This document shows positions 1 through 10,244 of a DNA stretch of 64,000 nt, piece after piece. Within the stretch, counting starts at the first letter, position 1. Each line of letters opens with the position of its first letter. The stretch is taken from positions 32,001 through 96,000 of the forward strand of contig CAWFCQ010000006.1 of the NCBI GenBank assembly GCA_963814375.1. Direction: 5' to 3'. The translations under genes and the position numbers were made by a program. Source of the DNA: an uncultured Chloroflexia bacterium (GTDB taxonomy: Bacteria > Chloroflexota > Limnocylindria > QHBO01). The notes beneath the pieces are model-generated. The model saw only the letters and a list, made by a program, of their open reading frames with translations. It was not told the origin of the DNA and did not search any database.

Positions 1-1168
1 CAAGTTCGGCGACGGCCGGATGAAGGCGAACCTCGATATCGAGCTCGTCGTCGACCTGTTCCGCCTGGCCGACCGAATGGACATCGCCGTCATCGTGTCG
101 GGCGACGGCGACTTCGCGCCGGCCATCCGCGCCCTCCAGGACAAGGGGGTGCGCGCCGAGGTGATCAGCTTCAAGCCGAACACCTCGTCCGACCTCATCG
201 CGGTCGCCGACGACTTCATGGACATCATGAAGGTCGCCTCGATCAGCCGGAAGGAGGGACGCGCCGTGCGTGACAGCATGAGCGCGCCCGAGATGCCGGC
301 CAAGGAGGTCACTCCCGAGTTCGGGTTCCGTGAGGCGTCGCCCTCCGTGGCAGCGGCCGCACTGGCCGCGATCAAGGGTGGCGGACCCGCGGCACCCGCC
401 GCGCGTCGTGGACGCGGGACGGGTCGGGCGACCACGGGCCGCACCGCTGCACCGAAGTCGGAAGAGGCGCCGGCCGAGCCGGCCGCCGCCGTCGCTGTCA
501 CCGAGACGACCGTGGAGGGCGGCGAGGAAGCCCGGCGCCGCCGCCGTCGCCGCGGTGGCAGAGGGCGCGGGCGCTCGCGCCGCGAGGACGAGTCGACGAC
601 TGCACCCATCACCACCGGCGACGAGGAGATCGGCTGGGAGGAGTTCGACGACCTCAGCCAGCTCGATGGTGCCGAAAGCGCTCCCGAGGGGGAGCGCGAG
701 TACGGCTTCGAAGAGGCCGATGCCGCCACCCTCGCCGAGCTCGGCATCAGCCCTGACGACGCTGCCGCCGAACCAGCCGCAGCGGAAGAGAAGCCAAAGC
801 GATCTCGGTCGCCTCGCGCACGTAAGCCGGATGCCTCATCCGCGCCCGCCACCGAAGGCGAGGCCGATGCCGATGCGGACGCCAAGCCGGCCCGACGCTC
901 GCGCGCGAAGAAGGCGTCGTCGGCCGACACCTCGGACGAGAAGGCGAAGCCAGCTCGAACGCGGTCGACGCGCAGTGGATCGAAGGCAGCAGCCGGAGAC
1001 GGCGCGGCCGTCGAGCCGAAGTCGAAGAAGGCGACGACCCCCTCGGCCACCGAGAGCCCTGCTGGCGATGTTGCCGCGAACGAGACCGCAACGGTCCCGC
1101 CCGGCGAGCCGCAGGGTATCTGGGGCCGGTTCCGCTCCGCTCGCAAGCCACGAGGGACCACGGCCTGA
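1..1168 (+). CDS. NYN (LabA/DUF88) domain protein with long disordered C-terminal tail, 5'-truncated by window edge
   Basis: K-x-N-L-D...IVSGDGDF..L...G..V.V motif typical of NYN; Arg-rich and acidic low-complexity tail. Confidence 0.85.
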   Translation, partial: KFGDGRMKANLDIELVVDLFRLADRMDIAVIVSGDGDFAPAIRALQDKGVRAEVISFKPNTSSDLIAVADDFMDIMKVASISRKEGRAVRDSMSAPEMPAKEVTPEFGFREASPSVAAAALAAIKGGGPAAPAARRGRGTGRATTGRTAAPKSEEAPAEPAAAVAVTETTVEGGEEARRRRRRRGGRGRGRSRREDESTTAPITTGDEEIGWEEFDDLSQLDGAESAPEGEREYGFEEADAATLAELGISPDDAAAEPAAAEEKPKRSRSPRARKPDASSAPATEGEADADADAKPARRSRAKKASSADTSDEKAKPARTRSTRSGSKAAAGDGAAVEPKSKKATTPSATESPAGDVAANETATVPPGEPQGIWGRFRSARKPRGTTA

Positions 1169-1203
1169 GCCGCGCCGTCTGACGGCGCCCCCGCCCGCAA
1201 ACG

Positions 1204-1237
1204 GAAACGCCCCGGTCCGCGAGGATCGGGGCGTTTC
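1204..1237. terminator. Probable bidirectional intrinsic terminator between convergent genes
   Basis: gaaacgccccggtcc-gcga-ggatcggggcgtttc hairpin. Confidence 0.75.
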
Positions 1238-1251
1238 GCTGTCCGGTCAGA

Positions 1252-2016
1252 TCAGGCGGGAGACTCGCGATCGACCGTGTCGTAGGTATCGTTGATGGCG
1301 TCGGCGGCCTGGTCGGCCGCATTGTCGGCGACCTCCCCCGTGGCTGAGCCGATCTCCGTTGCCGAGTCGGCGGCGGCGTCGGTCAGCGAGGCGGACGCGT
1401 CCTCGGCACCCTCGACCACGCCGGTCACATCCTGGGCGTCGGGCAGTCCGTTGGTCTCCTCCTCGCGCTGGAAGATCGGGACCCACTCCTCCTTGGCCTT
1501 CGTGGCGATCTCCTCCGCCCGCTCGCCGAGCTCGCGGCGCATCTCCTCCCCGCGTCGCGGGGCGGTCAGCAGGGCCACGATCGCCCCGGCCGCGACTCCC
1601 ACCAGGAGGCCGAGGAAGAAGGCGCCCCAGTGACGCTCCTCGCGCTCCTTCAGGCCGAGCCGGACCGCAGCGTCATCGACGAGCTCTGGCACCGCGGCGC
1701 TGGCGGCGCCCACGGCGATGACCCGGCGCTTCCACAGGTCCCGGACCGTCGGCAGGAGTGAGCGACGCCACCACTTCCCGGCGTCGTCGGCTGCGTGAGC
1801 CAGGCTCTTGGCGACGTCGCGCCGCATCGGGCGCGAGTCGCGCCACGCTTCCTCGGCGAATTTTTCGACCTCGGCGCCGCGCTCGGCGACCGCGGCAGCC
1901 ACGTCATGGCCGCGGTCGGCCAGCTCCTTGGTGAATCGTGCGTCGATCAATCGGTCGATGAGGGCCTGGAAGTTCTCGCTGATGTCATCGGCCGTTCGCG
2001 CCGGGCCTGTCGGCAT
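1252..2016 (-). CDS. YtxH-domain protein
   Basis: FFLGLLVGVAAGAIVALLTAPRRGEEMRREL motif; start MPTGP preceded by GAGGAG. Confidence 0.75.
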   Translation of the reverse strand: MPTGPARTADDISENFQALIDRLIDARFTKELADRGHDVAAAVAERGAEVEKFAEEAWRDSRPMRRDVAKSLAHAADDAGKWWRRSLLPTVRDLWKRRVIAVGAASAAVPELVDDAAVRLGLKEREERHWGAFFLGLLVGVAAGAIVALLTAPRRGEEMRRELGERAEEIATKAKEEWVPIFQREEETNGLPDAQDVTGVVEGAEDASASLTDAAADSATEIGSATGEVADNAADQAADAINDTYDTVDRESPA

Positions 2017-2130
2017 CGTGGGTCTCCTCTGGTTGCGGCCGCTGCGGGGTGCAGGAAGTATGCCACCGACACCGGCGGTCCCCAAGCCCTTCCATCGGCT
2101 CCGGAGGTTGGGCGACCCTATACTCGGCCG

Positions 2131-3222
2131 ATGATCGCGACCGAGGTGGACGGCTTCCTCAGCCTCGGCCAGCCAACGGCGCGCAGGATCGCGCGCCGCC
2201 GCGGATTGACCGCGACGCTCCTCGTCCACGGCCCATCCGGCTCGGGCAAGAAGGCCTTCGTGGATGACCTGCTGGCCATGGCCTTCTGCACCGACGCCGA
2301 TGCGGGCCGACGGCCCTGCAACGCATGCCGGGGCTGCCGCGACGCGCGCTCCCGCTCCCATCCCGACCTGGTCGTGGGGTCACCGGAGCTCTGGCGCGAG
2401 CGTCGCTCGACGGGGGAGACCATCGTCTCCGTCGCCCGCCGCTGGCTCCTGGAGGCAGCGGGCGCGCCGGTGGTGGCTTCGCGCCGGATCGTCCTGATCG
2501 AGCACGCCGACGGGTCGAACGAGCAGGTGCAGAACGCCATGCTGAAGGCGCTCGAGGAGCCGACCGATCGGCACACGTTCATCCTCGTCGCCGACGAGCC
2601 AACCCGGCTGCTGCCGACCATTCGCTCTCGGTGCCAGCCCCTGCGGATTGGTCCTGTGCCGCGCGCGGAGCTGGTGGCATTCCTGATGGACCGGCACAGC
2701 CTGCCGGCGGACCAGGCCGAGACGCTGGCGCGCCTCGCGAATGGCCATGCCGGCACGGCGATCAGGTACGTCGATCGCACCGACCTGCTGGACTGGCGGC
2801 GCCGTGTCCAGTCGCAGCTCCTGGCGCTTCTCGACAGCGGCAGGGCCGAGCGGTTCGGCGAGGTGGCGGACCTTCTGGACGATGCGGCCCGTCTCCATGC
2901 CCTCGCCCCGCCTCCCGAGGATGACGAGGCTGAGGGCTCGCGCACGCCTGGCTCGGTCCAGCGCGCCGCGGCGACCCTCGTCGTCGGGGCGTGGCTCGAC
3001 CTGACCCGTGATCTGATCGTCGCGAGCGCGGCCCGGCCCGAGCTGGCGCCGGGGACCGAGCTCGGGCCAGAGCTGGTGCGGGCCGGCGAGCGCATCGGAC
3101 CGGCTGCCCTGGCGGACATGGCACGCCTGCTCGAGCGGATCCACGACGGGCTCGGCGAGAACGCCGCGCCACGCTTGGCGCTCGAGCGAGCGATGCTCGC
3201 CTGGCCACAGCCGCAACGGTGA
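2131..3222 (+). CDS. holB: DNA polymerase III delta' subunit
   Basis: GPSGSGK, zinc C..C..C, HPDL, QNAMLKALEEP, LLPTIRSRC motifs. Confidence 0.9.
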   Translation: MIATEVDGFLSLGQPTARRIARRRGLTATLLVHGPSGSGKKAFVDDLLAMAFCTDADAGRRPCNACRGCRDARSRSHPDLVVGSPELWRERRSTGETIVSVARRWLLEAAGAPVVASRRIVLIEHADGSNEQVQNAMLKALEEPTDRHTFILVADEPTRLLPTIRSRCQPLRIGPVPRAELVAFLMDRHSLPADQAETLARLANGHAGTAIRYVDRTDLLDWRRRVQSQLLALLDSGRAERFGEVADLLDDAARLHALAPPPEDDEAEGSRTPGSVQRAAATLVVGAWLDLTRDLIVASAARPELAPGTELGPELVRAGERIGPAALADMARLLERIHDGLGENAAPRLALERAMLAWPQPQR

Positions 3223-3503
3223 CGGAGGAGAGGCTCTCGGCGCGGATCACCGGCCGCGTCCAGGGGGTGGGCTTTCGCTGGTGGGTGCGGCGCCACGCGG
3301 GTGAGCTCGGATTGACGGGCTGGGTCATGAACGCCGACGAGGAGGGCGCTGTCGAGCTCGTGGCCGAGGGGGCACCCGCTGCACTGTCCGAGCTCGAGCG
3401 AATGCTGCGGTCCGGGCCGGACGGGGCGCGAGTCGCGTCGGTCGAGGCCAGGCGCAGCGCGGCCAGCGGCGAGTTCGACGGCTTCGGGATCGTTCGGCCG
3501 TGA
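3219..3503 (+). CDS. acyP: Acylphosphatase
   Basis: ITGRVQGVGFR...GWVMN...VE...G motif. Confidence 0.93.
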   Translation: MTEERLSARITGRVQGVGFRWWVRRHAGELGLTGWVMNADEEGAVELVAEGAPAALSELERMLRSGPDGARVASVEARRSAASGEFDGFGIVRP

Positions 3504-3844
3504 GCGGAAGGGCCATCGGCTGTGGCGCCCTGGGGGCCGCGGCATTCGTGGCCATCGCCCTCTTCGCCGTCTTCCGTGCCGGCGCGCCGGACGAATGCCC
3601 CGACCTCCTTCCATATGAACCGGCGTCGTATGAGCCGGTCGGCGCCCCGACCGACACGCCCGTGCTCGAGGGCATCGATGAGCCGCTCGTGGAAGCCGGT
3701 CGCGCCGCCTTCGGCCTGGCGAGCTGGCCGGTCTGGGTCGAATCGGAACGGCTCCCCACGGCAAGCGGCGAGCCGCTGCCCCAGCGCATCGTGCTCGACT
3801 GCGGGGATGGCACATTCCAGGCATATCAGCGAGGGACCGGATGA
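3500..3844 (+). CDS. Hypothetical protein with N-terminal membrane anchor
   Basis: 4-nt overlaps with both neighbours; hydrophobic N-terminus. Confidence 0.65.
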   Translation: MSGRAIGCGALGAAAFVAIALFAVFRAGAPDECPDLLPYEPASYEPVGAPTDTPVLEGIDEPLVEAGRAAFGLASWPVWVESERLPTASGEPLPQRIVLDCGDGTFQAYQRGTG

Positions 3845-4755
3845 CGCGGCGGCCGATCCACGTACTAGTCAATCCCACGGCCGGCGGCAAGCCCGGGTCG
3901 GGCTCGGAGCTCGACGCCGATTCCGACCGCCTCGAGCCGGAGGCGCTCGCCGATGTGCTGCGCGGCCTTGGCCTCGATGTCTCCGTCGACGAGCTGGGGC
4001 CGGACGACGATGCCGCGGCGATCGCGCGACGCCAAGCTGACGACGGGAGCGACATCGTCGTGGCGGGTGGCGACGGGACCGTATCGGTGGTGGCGGCTGC
4101 GCTCGTCGGGCACGCCGATGCGACCCTCGGCATCCTGGCGACCGGCAGCTACAACAACATGGCGCGCGGGTACGGCATCCCGCTGGAGCTCGACGCCGCG
4201 ATGGAGGTGATCGGGACGGGCCGGGCCCGCCAGGTCGACTGCGGATGGGTGGTCCAGGAAGACGGAGGACGGCCGTTCTTCGAGGCAGCCGGGGTCGGCA
4301 TCGACGCGATCGGCTTCATCGCGGTCGAGCTCGCCGAGCGACACGGCTGGTTGCGCGCGGCGCGCGGCCTGTGGCGGGGCCTGAAGATCCGTCGCACGCC
4401 GATGCGGATCACCATCGACGACCGTGTGTATCGGACCGGCTCGCCGGCCGTCACGGTGAGCAACGGCCCGTTCCACGGTCCCGGCTTCGCGGTCCCGGCG
4501 GACGCGGATCCGACCGATGGCCGCCTCGACGTCGCGGTCTTCCACGGAATGAGCCGCCTCGAGGTCATCCGCCATTTCGCCGCGGTCGCACGCCGCCGCG
4601 AGCGGCCCGAGCCGCGAATCGTTCAGTATCGAGCGGCTCGTGTCACGATCGAGGGCACGCGCCGGTCGCTGCTTGCCCACGCGGACGGTGAGAGCATCGG
4701 GATGACGCCGGTCACCTTCGAAATTCGTCCGGGAGCCCTTCGAATCTTCCGCTGA
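3841..4755 (+). CDS. Diacylglycerol/lipid kinase family protein
   Basis: VNPTAG, AGGDGT, GSYNNMAR, DGRLDV, ADGE motifs. Confidence 0.9.
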   Translation: MTRRPIHVLVNPTAGGKPGSGSELDADSDRLEPEALADVLRGLGLDVSVDELGPDDDAAAIARRQADDGSDIVVAGGDGTVSVVAAALVGHADATLGILATGSYNNMARGYGIPLELDAAMEVIGTGRARQVDCGWVVQEDGGRPFFEAAGVGIDAIGFIAVELAERHGWLRAARGLWRGLKIRRTPMRITIDDRVYRTGSPAVTVSNGPFHGPGFAVPADADPTDGRLDVAVFHGMSRLEVIRHFAAVARRRERPEPRIVQYRAARVTIEGTRRSLLAHADGESIGMTPVTFEIRPGALRIFR

Positions 4756-4773
4756 TCGCGACCGCGCCGCCGC

Positions 4774-5793
4774 CTACAGGTTCAGGGCCGGTCGGAAGAG
4801 GCGGTCGTAGGTGGCGAGCGCGAAGCGATCGGTCATTCCGGCGATGTAATCCGCCGCCTGCGTCTGCGGCGTGGCCTCGTCCTGGCGGTACGAGTCCGGG
4901 ATCTCGTCGGGATGCTCGAGGTGCCAGTCCATCAGGTCGCGGATGACGGCGATGGCGCGGCGTTGCTGTCGAAGCTGGTCGGGCGCCTCGTAGACGCGCG
5001 CGAACATGAAGTCGCGCAGCTCGTTCATGACCGCGAGCGTCGGCTCGTCCATGCGGACCGATCCGGTCCGCAGCGACTCGTCGATGACGGCGTTGATCAT
5101 GGCGCTGATCCACTCTCGGCCGGGCTCACCGAACCGCTCGATCACCTCCGGCGGGAACGAGTCGGGCGCGAGCACCCCGGCGCGCAGCGCATCGAGCGCG
5201 TCGTGCGCAAGGTAGGCGATGCGATCCGCGAACCGAACACAGAAGGATTCGGGCGTGGTCGGCGGTGGCTCGATCTTCCAGCTGTGAGCCCGGATGCCAT
5301 CGCGCACTTCCCACGTCAGGTTCGCGTCCTCCAGCACCTCCCATATCCGGACGCTCTGGGCCGCGTGGTGCCAGCCGTCGGGGTCGAAGTACGGCGAGAG
5401 TGCTTCCTCTCCCGTGTGCCCGAACGGCGAGTGCCCGACGTCGTGGCCGAGCGCAATCGCCTCCGCCAAGGGCTCGTTCAGGCTGAGGGCCGCGGCGAGC
5501 GACCGCGCCACCTGGGTCACCTGCATCGTGTGTGTCAGGCGAGTGACGTAGTGGTCGCCCTCCGGGTTGAGGAAGACCTGGGTCTTGTGCTTCAGCCGCC
5601 GGAAGGCCTTGGAGTGGATGATCCGATCCCGGTCGCGCTCGAACGCCGTCCGGTACGGATCCGGCTCCTCGGCGCGCTCACGCCCGCGCGACCGCGTCGA
5701 CCGAGTGGCGGCAGGGCTGAGGCGCTCCTCATCGTGCTCGCGTGCGACCCGATCCCGCCGTCGGAGCTCAGACCCGGTCGCGATTTCCTGCAT
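4774..5793 (-). CDS. dgt: Deoxyguanosinetriphosphate triphosphohydrolase-like HD protein
   Basis: RTAFERDRDRIIHSKAFRRLKHKTQV, TRLTH, GHDVGHSPFGH, DYIAGMTD. Confidence 0.92.
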   Translation of the reverse strand: MQEIATGSELRRRDRVAREHDEERLSPAATRSTRSRGRERAEEPDPYRTAFERDRDRIIHSKAFRRLKHKTQVFLNPEGDHYVTRLTHTMQVTQVARSLAAALSLNEPLAEAIALGHDVGHSPFGHTGEEALSPYFDPDGWHHAAQSVRIWEVLEDANLTWEVRDGIRAHSWKIEPPPTTPESFCVRFADRIAYLAHDALDALRAGVLAPDSFPPEVIERFGEPGREWISAMINAVIDESLRTGSVRMDEPTLAVMNELRDFMFARVYEAPDQLRQQRRAIAVIRDLMDWHLEHPDEIPDSYRQDEATPQTQAADYIAGMTDRFALATYDRLFRPALNL

Positions 5794-5872
5794 CGGTCGA
5801 TGATGGCATCTGGCGCGGGTTGCGCGATGACGGACAATCCGTCCACTGGGGGCACCTCGGAGGATGCGTCGC

Positions 5873-6565
5873 GTGGCTGACCTCGAAGACCAGCTCATCT
5901 CGGGCGAGAAGGTCGTGCTCTCGACCGGGAAGCATTGGTGGGCTCCGGTGGCCGATTCGAAGTGGGCCATCCTCCTCGTCCTGGCGGCCCTCCTGGCCGC
6001 CTGGCTCCAGTGGGACGCGACCGACGGGATCGCCGGGTTCCTCAACCGGATCCTGCAATCGCTCCAGCTGGGATTCTTCCTCGTCGCCCTGGGGTGGATC
6101 GCGTACAACGTCGTCGCCTGGCGGACCGCCGAATATCACGTGACGAACCGTCGAGTGCTCGGGCATGACGGGCTCATCCGCAGCCGCTCGACCGACACGC
6201 TGCTGAGCTCCGTGTCGGACGTGAAGACCCTTCTTCCCGCCATGGGTCGCATGCTCGGCTACGGGACGATCCGGATCGTCACCGCCTCCGGTGACGCGGG
6301 CACCGATACCTTCACCACGGTGAAGGGCGTAGAGGCTTTCAAGAAGGAGATCCTCGAGCAGAAGTCCGGCACAGCAGCCAATGCACCGGCCGAGCCGATC
6401 GCGGCAGCCGCCCCGCCGCCTGCCCGGCCGCCAGCTGCGCCCGCCCAACCTTCTGCTGACCAGCTCACAGCGACGCTTGGTGAGCTTGCCAAGCTCCGCG
6501 ATGCCGGAGCGATCAGCGAGGCCGAGTTCGACGCCAAGAAGGCGGAGCTCCTCAGCCGCATCTGA
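5873..6565 (+). CDS. Bacterial PH-domain membrane protein with C-terminal SHOCT domain
   Basis: 2 TM, YHVTNRRV..GL, GRMLGYGTI; C-terminal LAKLRDAGAISEAEFDAKKAELL; GGAGG RBS. Confidence 0.85.
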   Translation: MADLEDQLISGEKVVLSTGKHWWAPVADSKWAILLVLAALLAAWLQWDATDGIAGFLNRILQSLQLGFFLVALGWIAYNVVAWRTAEYHVTNRRVLGHDGLIRSRSTDTLLSSVSDVKTLLPAMGRMLGYGTIRIVTASGDAGTDTFTTVKGVEAFKKEILEQKSGTAANAPAEPIAAAAPPPARPPAAPAQPSADQLTATLGELAKLRDAGAISEAEFDAKKAELLSRI

Positions 6566-6569
6566 GGCG

Positions 6570-8162
6570 GTGCCGCGACCGCCGATCCCGACCGTCCTGA
6601 GCGACCTCTGGCTCGATCCCCGTGCGTTTCGCGTCCTGCTCGTCGCGGTGCTGTCGATGGGCGCAGCCGGGCTCAATCCGATCGTCACGTCGCCGAACCT
6701 CGCCAGCGTCCAGTCGCTGATCCGGGCGCAGCCTGAGATCAACGCCCTCGTCATCCTCATCACGCTGATCAGCGGCGGCCTTCTCTTCGTGGGCGGAGTC
6801 CTCGGAGACACCGATGGACGCAGAGGGATCCTCCTCGGCGCCTTGGCACTCCTCGCGTCCATGAGCGTCGTCGGGCTGGTGACGGGCGACGGGCCGCTCT
6901 TCACCGCTTCCCGTCTCGCTGGCGGAGCCGCCGCCTACGCCGTCGTGCCGTTCGCGCTGGCCCTCGTCGCGACCACGTACGACGGGGCGGTGCGGGCGAC
7001 GGCGATCGGCATCGTGTACGCGGCGTACGCCGGCGCCACCGCGGTCACGCCCGTCCTGCTCACGATCCTGGGTCCTGGCGGCCCGACCTGGCCGGCGTTC
7101 CTGGCGTCGGCGGTCGTGGCCACCGCCGCGCTGTGGTTCGCGCGATCGCGCACCCCGAACCTCCCGGCGGCGATGCGCACCGACCGACCCTACGTGATCG
7201 CCACGGCCGTCTGGGCATTCGCCTTCGTCGTCATCGCTGCCGGTCTCGTCGATGTCGGAAACCGCCTCGCGGGAGGGCTGCGCCTGGGCCTCGTCGCGGC
7301 CGGGCTGGCGATGATCGGCGCGTACGCGATCTGGGACCGGCGGATGAAGGCACGGTCCGGGCCGCAACCGCACCGGGTGGAGCGCCGTCCGGTCGCGATC
7401 GCGGTCGCGGTCGGGGTGATCGTCGCCTTCGCCCAGGCCGCCCCGCTCTTCCAGCTCACGATCTTCTTCAACCTGATCCTCGGCTACGGCGCGGTGTGGG
7501 CGGCGATCGCCACGGCCCCATTCATCCTCGCCCTGGTCGCGGCCGGACCGGTCGCCGGGCTGCTGCTGGCCCGATTCAAGCCGCGGACGCTCGTGGCCGG
7601 CGGCCTCGCCGCGGTCGGGCTCGGCAACATCGTCGCCGCGGCGCTCATCGGCCAGGACGTCTGGTATCTCGCGATGATCCTGCCGCTCGTTCTCATCGGC
7701 GCGGGGTTCGTCCTGGCCACCACCATCCGGACGGCGATCATCTTCGCCAGCGTCTCGGGCAGCCTGCCGGCAACGGCTGCCGCCCTCAACGAGGCGTCGC
7801 TCCTCGTCGGCACCAGGATCGGCCTGGCGGCGCTCACCGCCCTCATCACGCAGCGGGCCCTCGATATCTACGCAGCGTCCCTGGGCACGTCGGATCCCGC
7901 CGCGGTGGCCGCCTTCCGCGACGTCCTCATCGCCATCGGCACGCCGGGGATCTACCAGATCGCCGAGCTGCTCGATCCGTCCGACCTCGCGGCATACATC
8001 AGCGCCTTCCTCGAGGCCTACCGGCAGAGCCTCTTTGGAGTCGGGCTCGTGGCGGTCGTCGCGGCCGTGATCGCCTGGCTCGGGCTTGGCGCACGGGATC
8101 CGCTGACGACGGTCTGGGACCATCGCGACGAGCGGACGCCCGTCGAGGCGTCGCCGAGCTGA
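6570..8162 (+). CDS. MFS transporter (DHA2-like)
   Basis: GGVLGDTDGRR motif A, about 14 hydrophobic segments. Confidence 0.85.
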   Translation: MPRPPIPTVLSDLWLDPRAFRVLLVAVLSMGAAGLNPIVTSPNLASVQSLIRAQPEINALVILITLISGGLLFVGGVLGDTDGRRGILLGALALLASMSVVGLVTGDGPLFTASRLAGGAAAYAVVPFALALVATTYDGAVRATAIGIVYAAYAGATAVTPVLLTILGPGGPTWPAFLASAVVATAALWFARSRTPNLPAAMRTDRPYVIATAVWAFAFVVIAAGLVDVGNRLAGGLRLGLVAAGLAMIGAYAIWDRRMKARSGPQPHRVERRPVAIAVAVGVIVAFAQAAPLFQLTIFFNLILGYGAVWAAIATAPFILALVAAGPVAGLLLARFKPRTLVAGGLAAVGLGNIVAAALIGQDVWYLAMILPLVLIGAGFVLATTIRTAIIFASVSGSLPATAAALNEASLLVGTRIGLAALTALITQRALDIYAASLGTSDPAAVAAFRDVLIAIGTPGIYQIAELLDPSDLAAYISAFLEAYRQSLFGVGLVAVVAAVIAWLGLGARDPLTTVWDHRDERTPVEASPS

Positions 8163-8283
8163 ACGCGGCCGCCGGGCATCGCGCGGTGGGAGGGCGCTGG
8201 GTGCGGCCCAGTTCGACTAGATTCTGGGCGATGAGCGAATTCATGGATTTCGACGCGGGCGCTCGGCACGCATCAGCGTGCTG

Positions 8284-8790
8284 ATGGATCCGCTCGACTC
8301 GGCCGAGCCGCCGGCTGAACCCGCGAAGGGCCAAGGGCCCCTGGCCCGCGTCATCAGCCGATTCATGAGCGACCCTTCCTCGGGCCGGAACGCCATCCTC
8401 CTGATCGTCGTCGCGACGATCGTGACGGTGCTCATCGGTGGCGTTCTCGTCTGGGTGCTGGACCGGCCCGAGTTCGCGGACCTGGGCGAGGCATTCTGGT
8501 TCGCCCTTCAGACGGTCACGACGGTGGGGTACGGCGACGTCACGCCGGAAGATCCACGCGGACGCTTCGTCGGCGCGGGACTCATGCTCCTCGGGATCGC
8601 GTTTCTCAGCGTCCTCACTGCGTCGATCACGTCGTCGTTCATCGAGGCGCGCCAGGCCGAACGGCGTGGTCGCCAGGCCGCCGAGGAAGCGGCCAACCAG
8701 CGACGCCTCGAGGTACGTCTCGACGCCCTGATCGAGCGGCTCGATCGCCTGGAGGAGTTGGAGCGCAGAGAGCCCGATCGCGGATCGTGA
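8284..8790 (+). CDS. KcsA-like potassium channel
   Basis: TVTTVGYGD selectivity filter, 2 TM. Confidence 0.9.
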   Translation: MDPLDSAEPPAEPAKGQGPLARVISRFMSDPSSGRNAILLIVVATIVTVLIGGVLVWVLDRPEFADLGEAFWFALQTVTTVGYGDVTPEDPRGRFVGAGLMLLGIAFLSVLTASITSSFIEARQAERRGRQAAEEAANQRRLEVRLDALIERLDRLEELERREPDRGS

Positions 8791-8971
8791 CAATGGGCTC
8801 GGCCGAGCCTCTGCGGTCCATTGTCGAGGCCGATTCGTGCGCAGGATTTCGCGGTGCGGTAGCCGATGCCGTGAGAGGATGGCCCCGGAGCACAACAGCA
8901 GCACGGCGGCAGCGTCGACGACGCCGCTGACCGGCCGCCTCCAACAACCGAGCGTGGGAGAAAACTCTGAC

Positions 8972-9385
8972 ATGAAAAATCCACCGATTCTCATCTCTGT
9001 CATCGGCTTCTTCGGGTTGCTGGCCGGGCTCGCCTGGCTCTTCCTGGGCCTCAGAATCCTCGGGTTCGATTGGTTCACGATGCTTGGCGATGTCAGCGAG
9101 TTCGAGCAGTCCGGTCTCTGGGGCTGGCTCGCGATCTTCGCCGGGATTGCATGGATCGCCGCCGCGGCCGGTCTCTGGGCGCTGCAGCCCTGGGCCTGGA
9201 CGTTCGCGATGATCGTCGCGGGGATCGCCCTCTTCGAGGCGTTCCTCTACTTCCTCGAGTATCCCGGCTCCGGGCTGGGCCTCGGGATGTCGCTCCTGCC
9301 TCTCGTGATCCTGTTCTACCTCAACAGCGCAGAGGTCAAGGCAGCGTTCAGCCTCAACGAGCCTGAAGCTCCCGAGCTGAGCTGA
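8972..9385 (+). CDS. Hypothetical 4-TM membrane protein
   Basis: Hydrophobic ORF, GLW.LQPWAW and YL...VK.AF motifs, GGGAG upstream. Confidence 0.7.
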   Translation: MKNPPILISVIGFFGLLAGLAWLFLGLRILGFDWFTMLGDVSEFEQSGLWGWLAIFAGIAWIAAAAGLWALQPWAWTFAMIVAGIALFEAFLYFLEYPGSGLGLGMSLLPLVILFYLNSAEVKAAFSLNEPEAPELS

Positions 9386-9476
9386 TCGGGGCGGTCCTGC
9401 TCGCGTCGGAACTGCTGACGCCAGCGGGACCGCACTCAAACCCCGGCGGGCACGAAGCCCGGTTGATAACGCGCCG

Positions 9477-10088
9477 TCAGCCGGCGGTCCCGAACGTCGC
9501 GCGGCCGGCCGGTCGATAGGTCTGGATCGTCACGCCTGACGGCGTGAATCGCGACTCGACGAGCGTCAGGTTGTGCGTCTGTCCCTGCTCCGGGAACAGC
9601 CGCAGCCCGCCGCCCACCACGACGGGGTAGAGCTGCAGGTAGAGCTCGTCGACAAGGTCGCGCTCGAGCAGCCACCGGAGCAGGTCGCCGCTGCCATGGA
9701 CCTGGAGCTCGCGCCCGGGCTTCGCCTTGAGCTCGCGGACCGCCGCATCGACGTCACCCTCGATGACGTGGGTGTTCTGCCACGTCGGGTCGGTGAGCGT
9801 GGTCGAGGGCACGTACTTGGGCAGGATGTTGATCCCGTGGGAGACCGGGTCGCCCTCGTCGTGCTGCGGCCAGTACGCCTCCCAGATCTCCCAGGTCTTG
9901 CGTCCGAGCAGCAACGCGTCCGCACGCTCGAACACCGAGGTTATGAACTCCCCGGTCTCCTTGTCGAAGAGCGGAGCGACCCAGCCGCCGCGATCGAACC
10001 CGCCGCGGCGGTCCTCGTCGGGGCCTCCGGGGCCCTGGTACACGCCGTCCACGCTCAGCATCATCGTGGCGGTCAGCTTCATGGTCAT
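9477..10088 (-). CDS. Dihydrofolate reductase/RibD C-terminal family protein
   Basis: SVDGV.Q.PG, LLGRKTW, VHGSG.L, DLVDE...P...G.G. Confidence 0.9.
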   Translation of the reverse strand: MTMKLTATMMLSVDGVYQGPGGPDEDRRGGFDRGGWVAPLFDKETGEFITSVFERADALLLGRKTWEIWEAYWPQHDEGDPVSHGINILPKYVPSTTLTDPTWQNTHVIEGDVDAAVRELKAKPGRELQVHGSGDLLRWLLERDLVDELYLQLYPVVVGGGLRLFPEQGQTHNLTLVESRFTPSGVTIQTYRPAGRATFGTAG

Positions 10089-10168
10089 CCTCCCAGCGAG
10101 CGATCGTCGACGGTGAGACTACCGTTCAGACGGAGACTCATCGGCGAGCGGCCGAGAGATGGAGGAAC

Positions 10169-10244
10169 TGGCGCGCCCGACAGGATTCGAACCTGCGACC
10201 TTCGGCTCCGGAGGCCGACGCTCTATCCACTGAGCTACAGGCGC
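10169..10244 (-). tRNA. tRNA-Arg (CCG)
   Basis: GCGCCTGTAGCTCAGTGGATAGAGC-GTCGGC-CTCCGGA-GCCGA...GGTTCGAATCC...GCGCGCCA cloverleaf with encoded CCA. Confidence 0.97.

Noticed and set aside
2118-4133. Long opposite-strand and alternate-frame ORFs here and throughout (e.g. 13794-15254, 47370-49001, 62390-63787)
   Set aside because: Shadow ORFs of well-supported genes in stop-poor high-GC DNA.
4774-5793. Anti-phage dGTPase or defence island
   Set aside because: Looks like the ordinary housekeeping dGTPase-like family in a core-gene context, with no defence neighbours.
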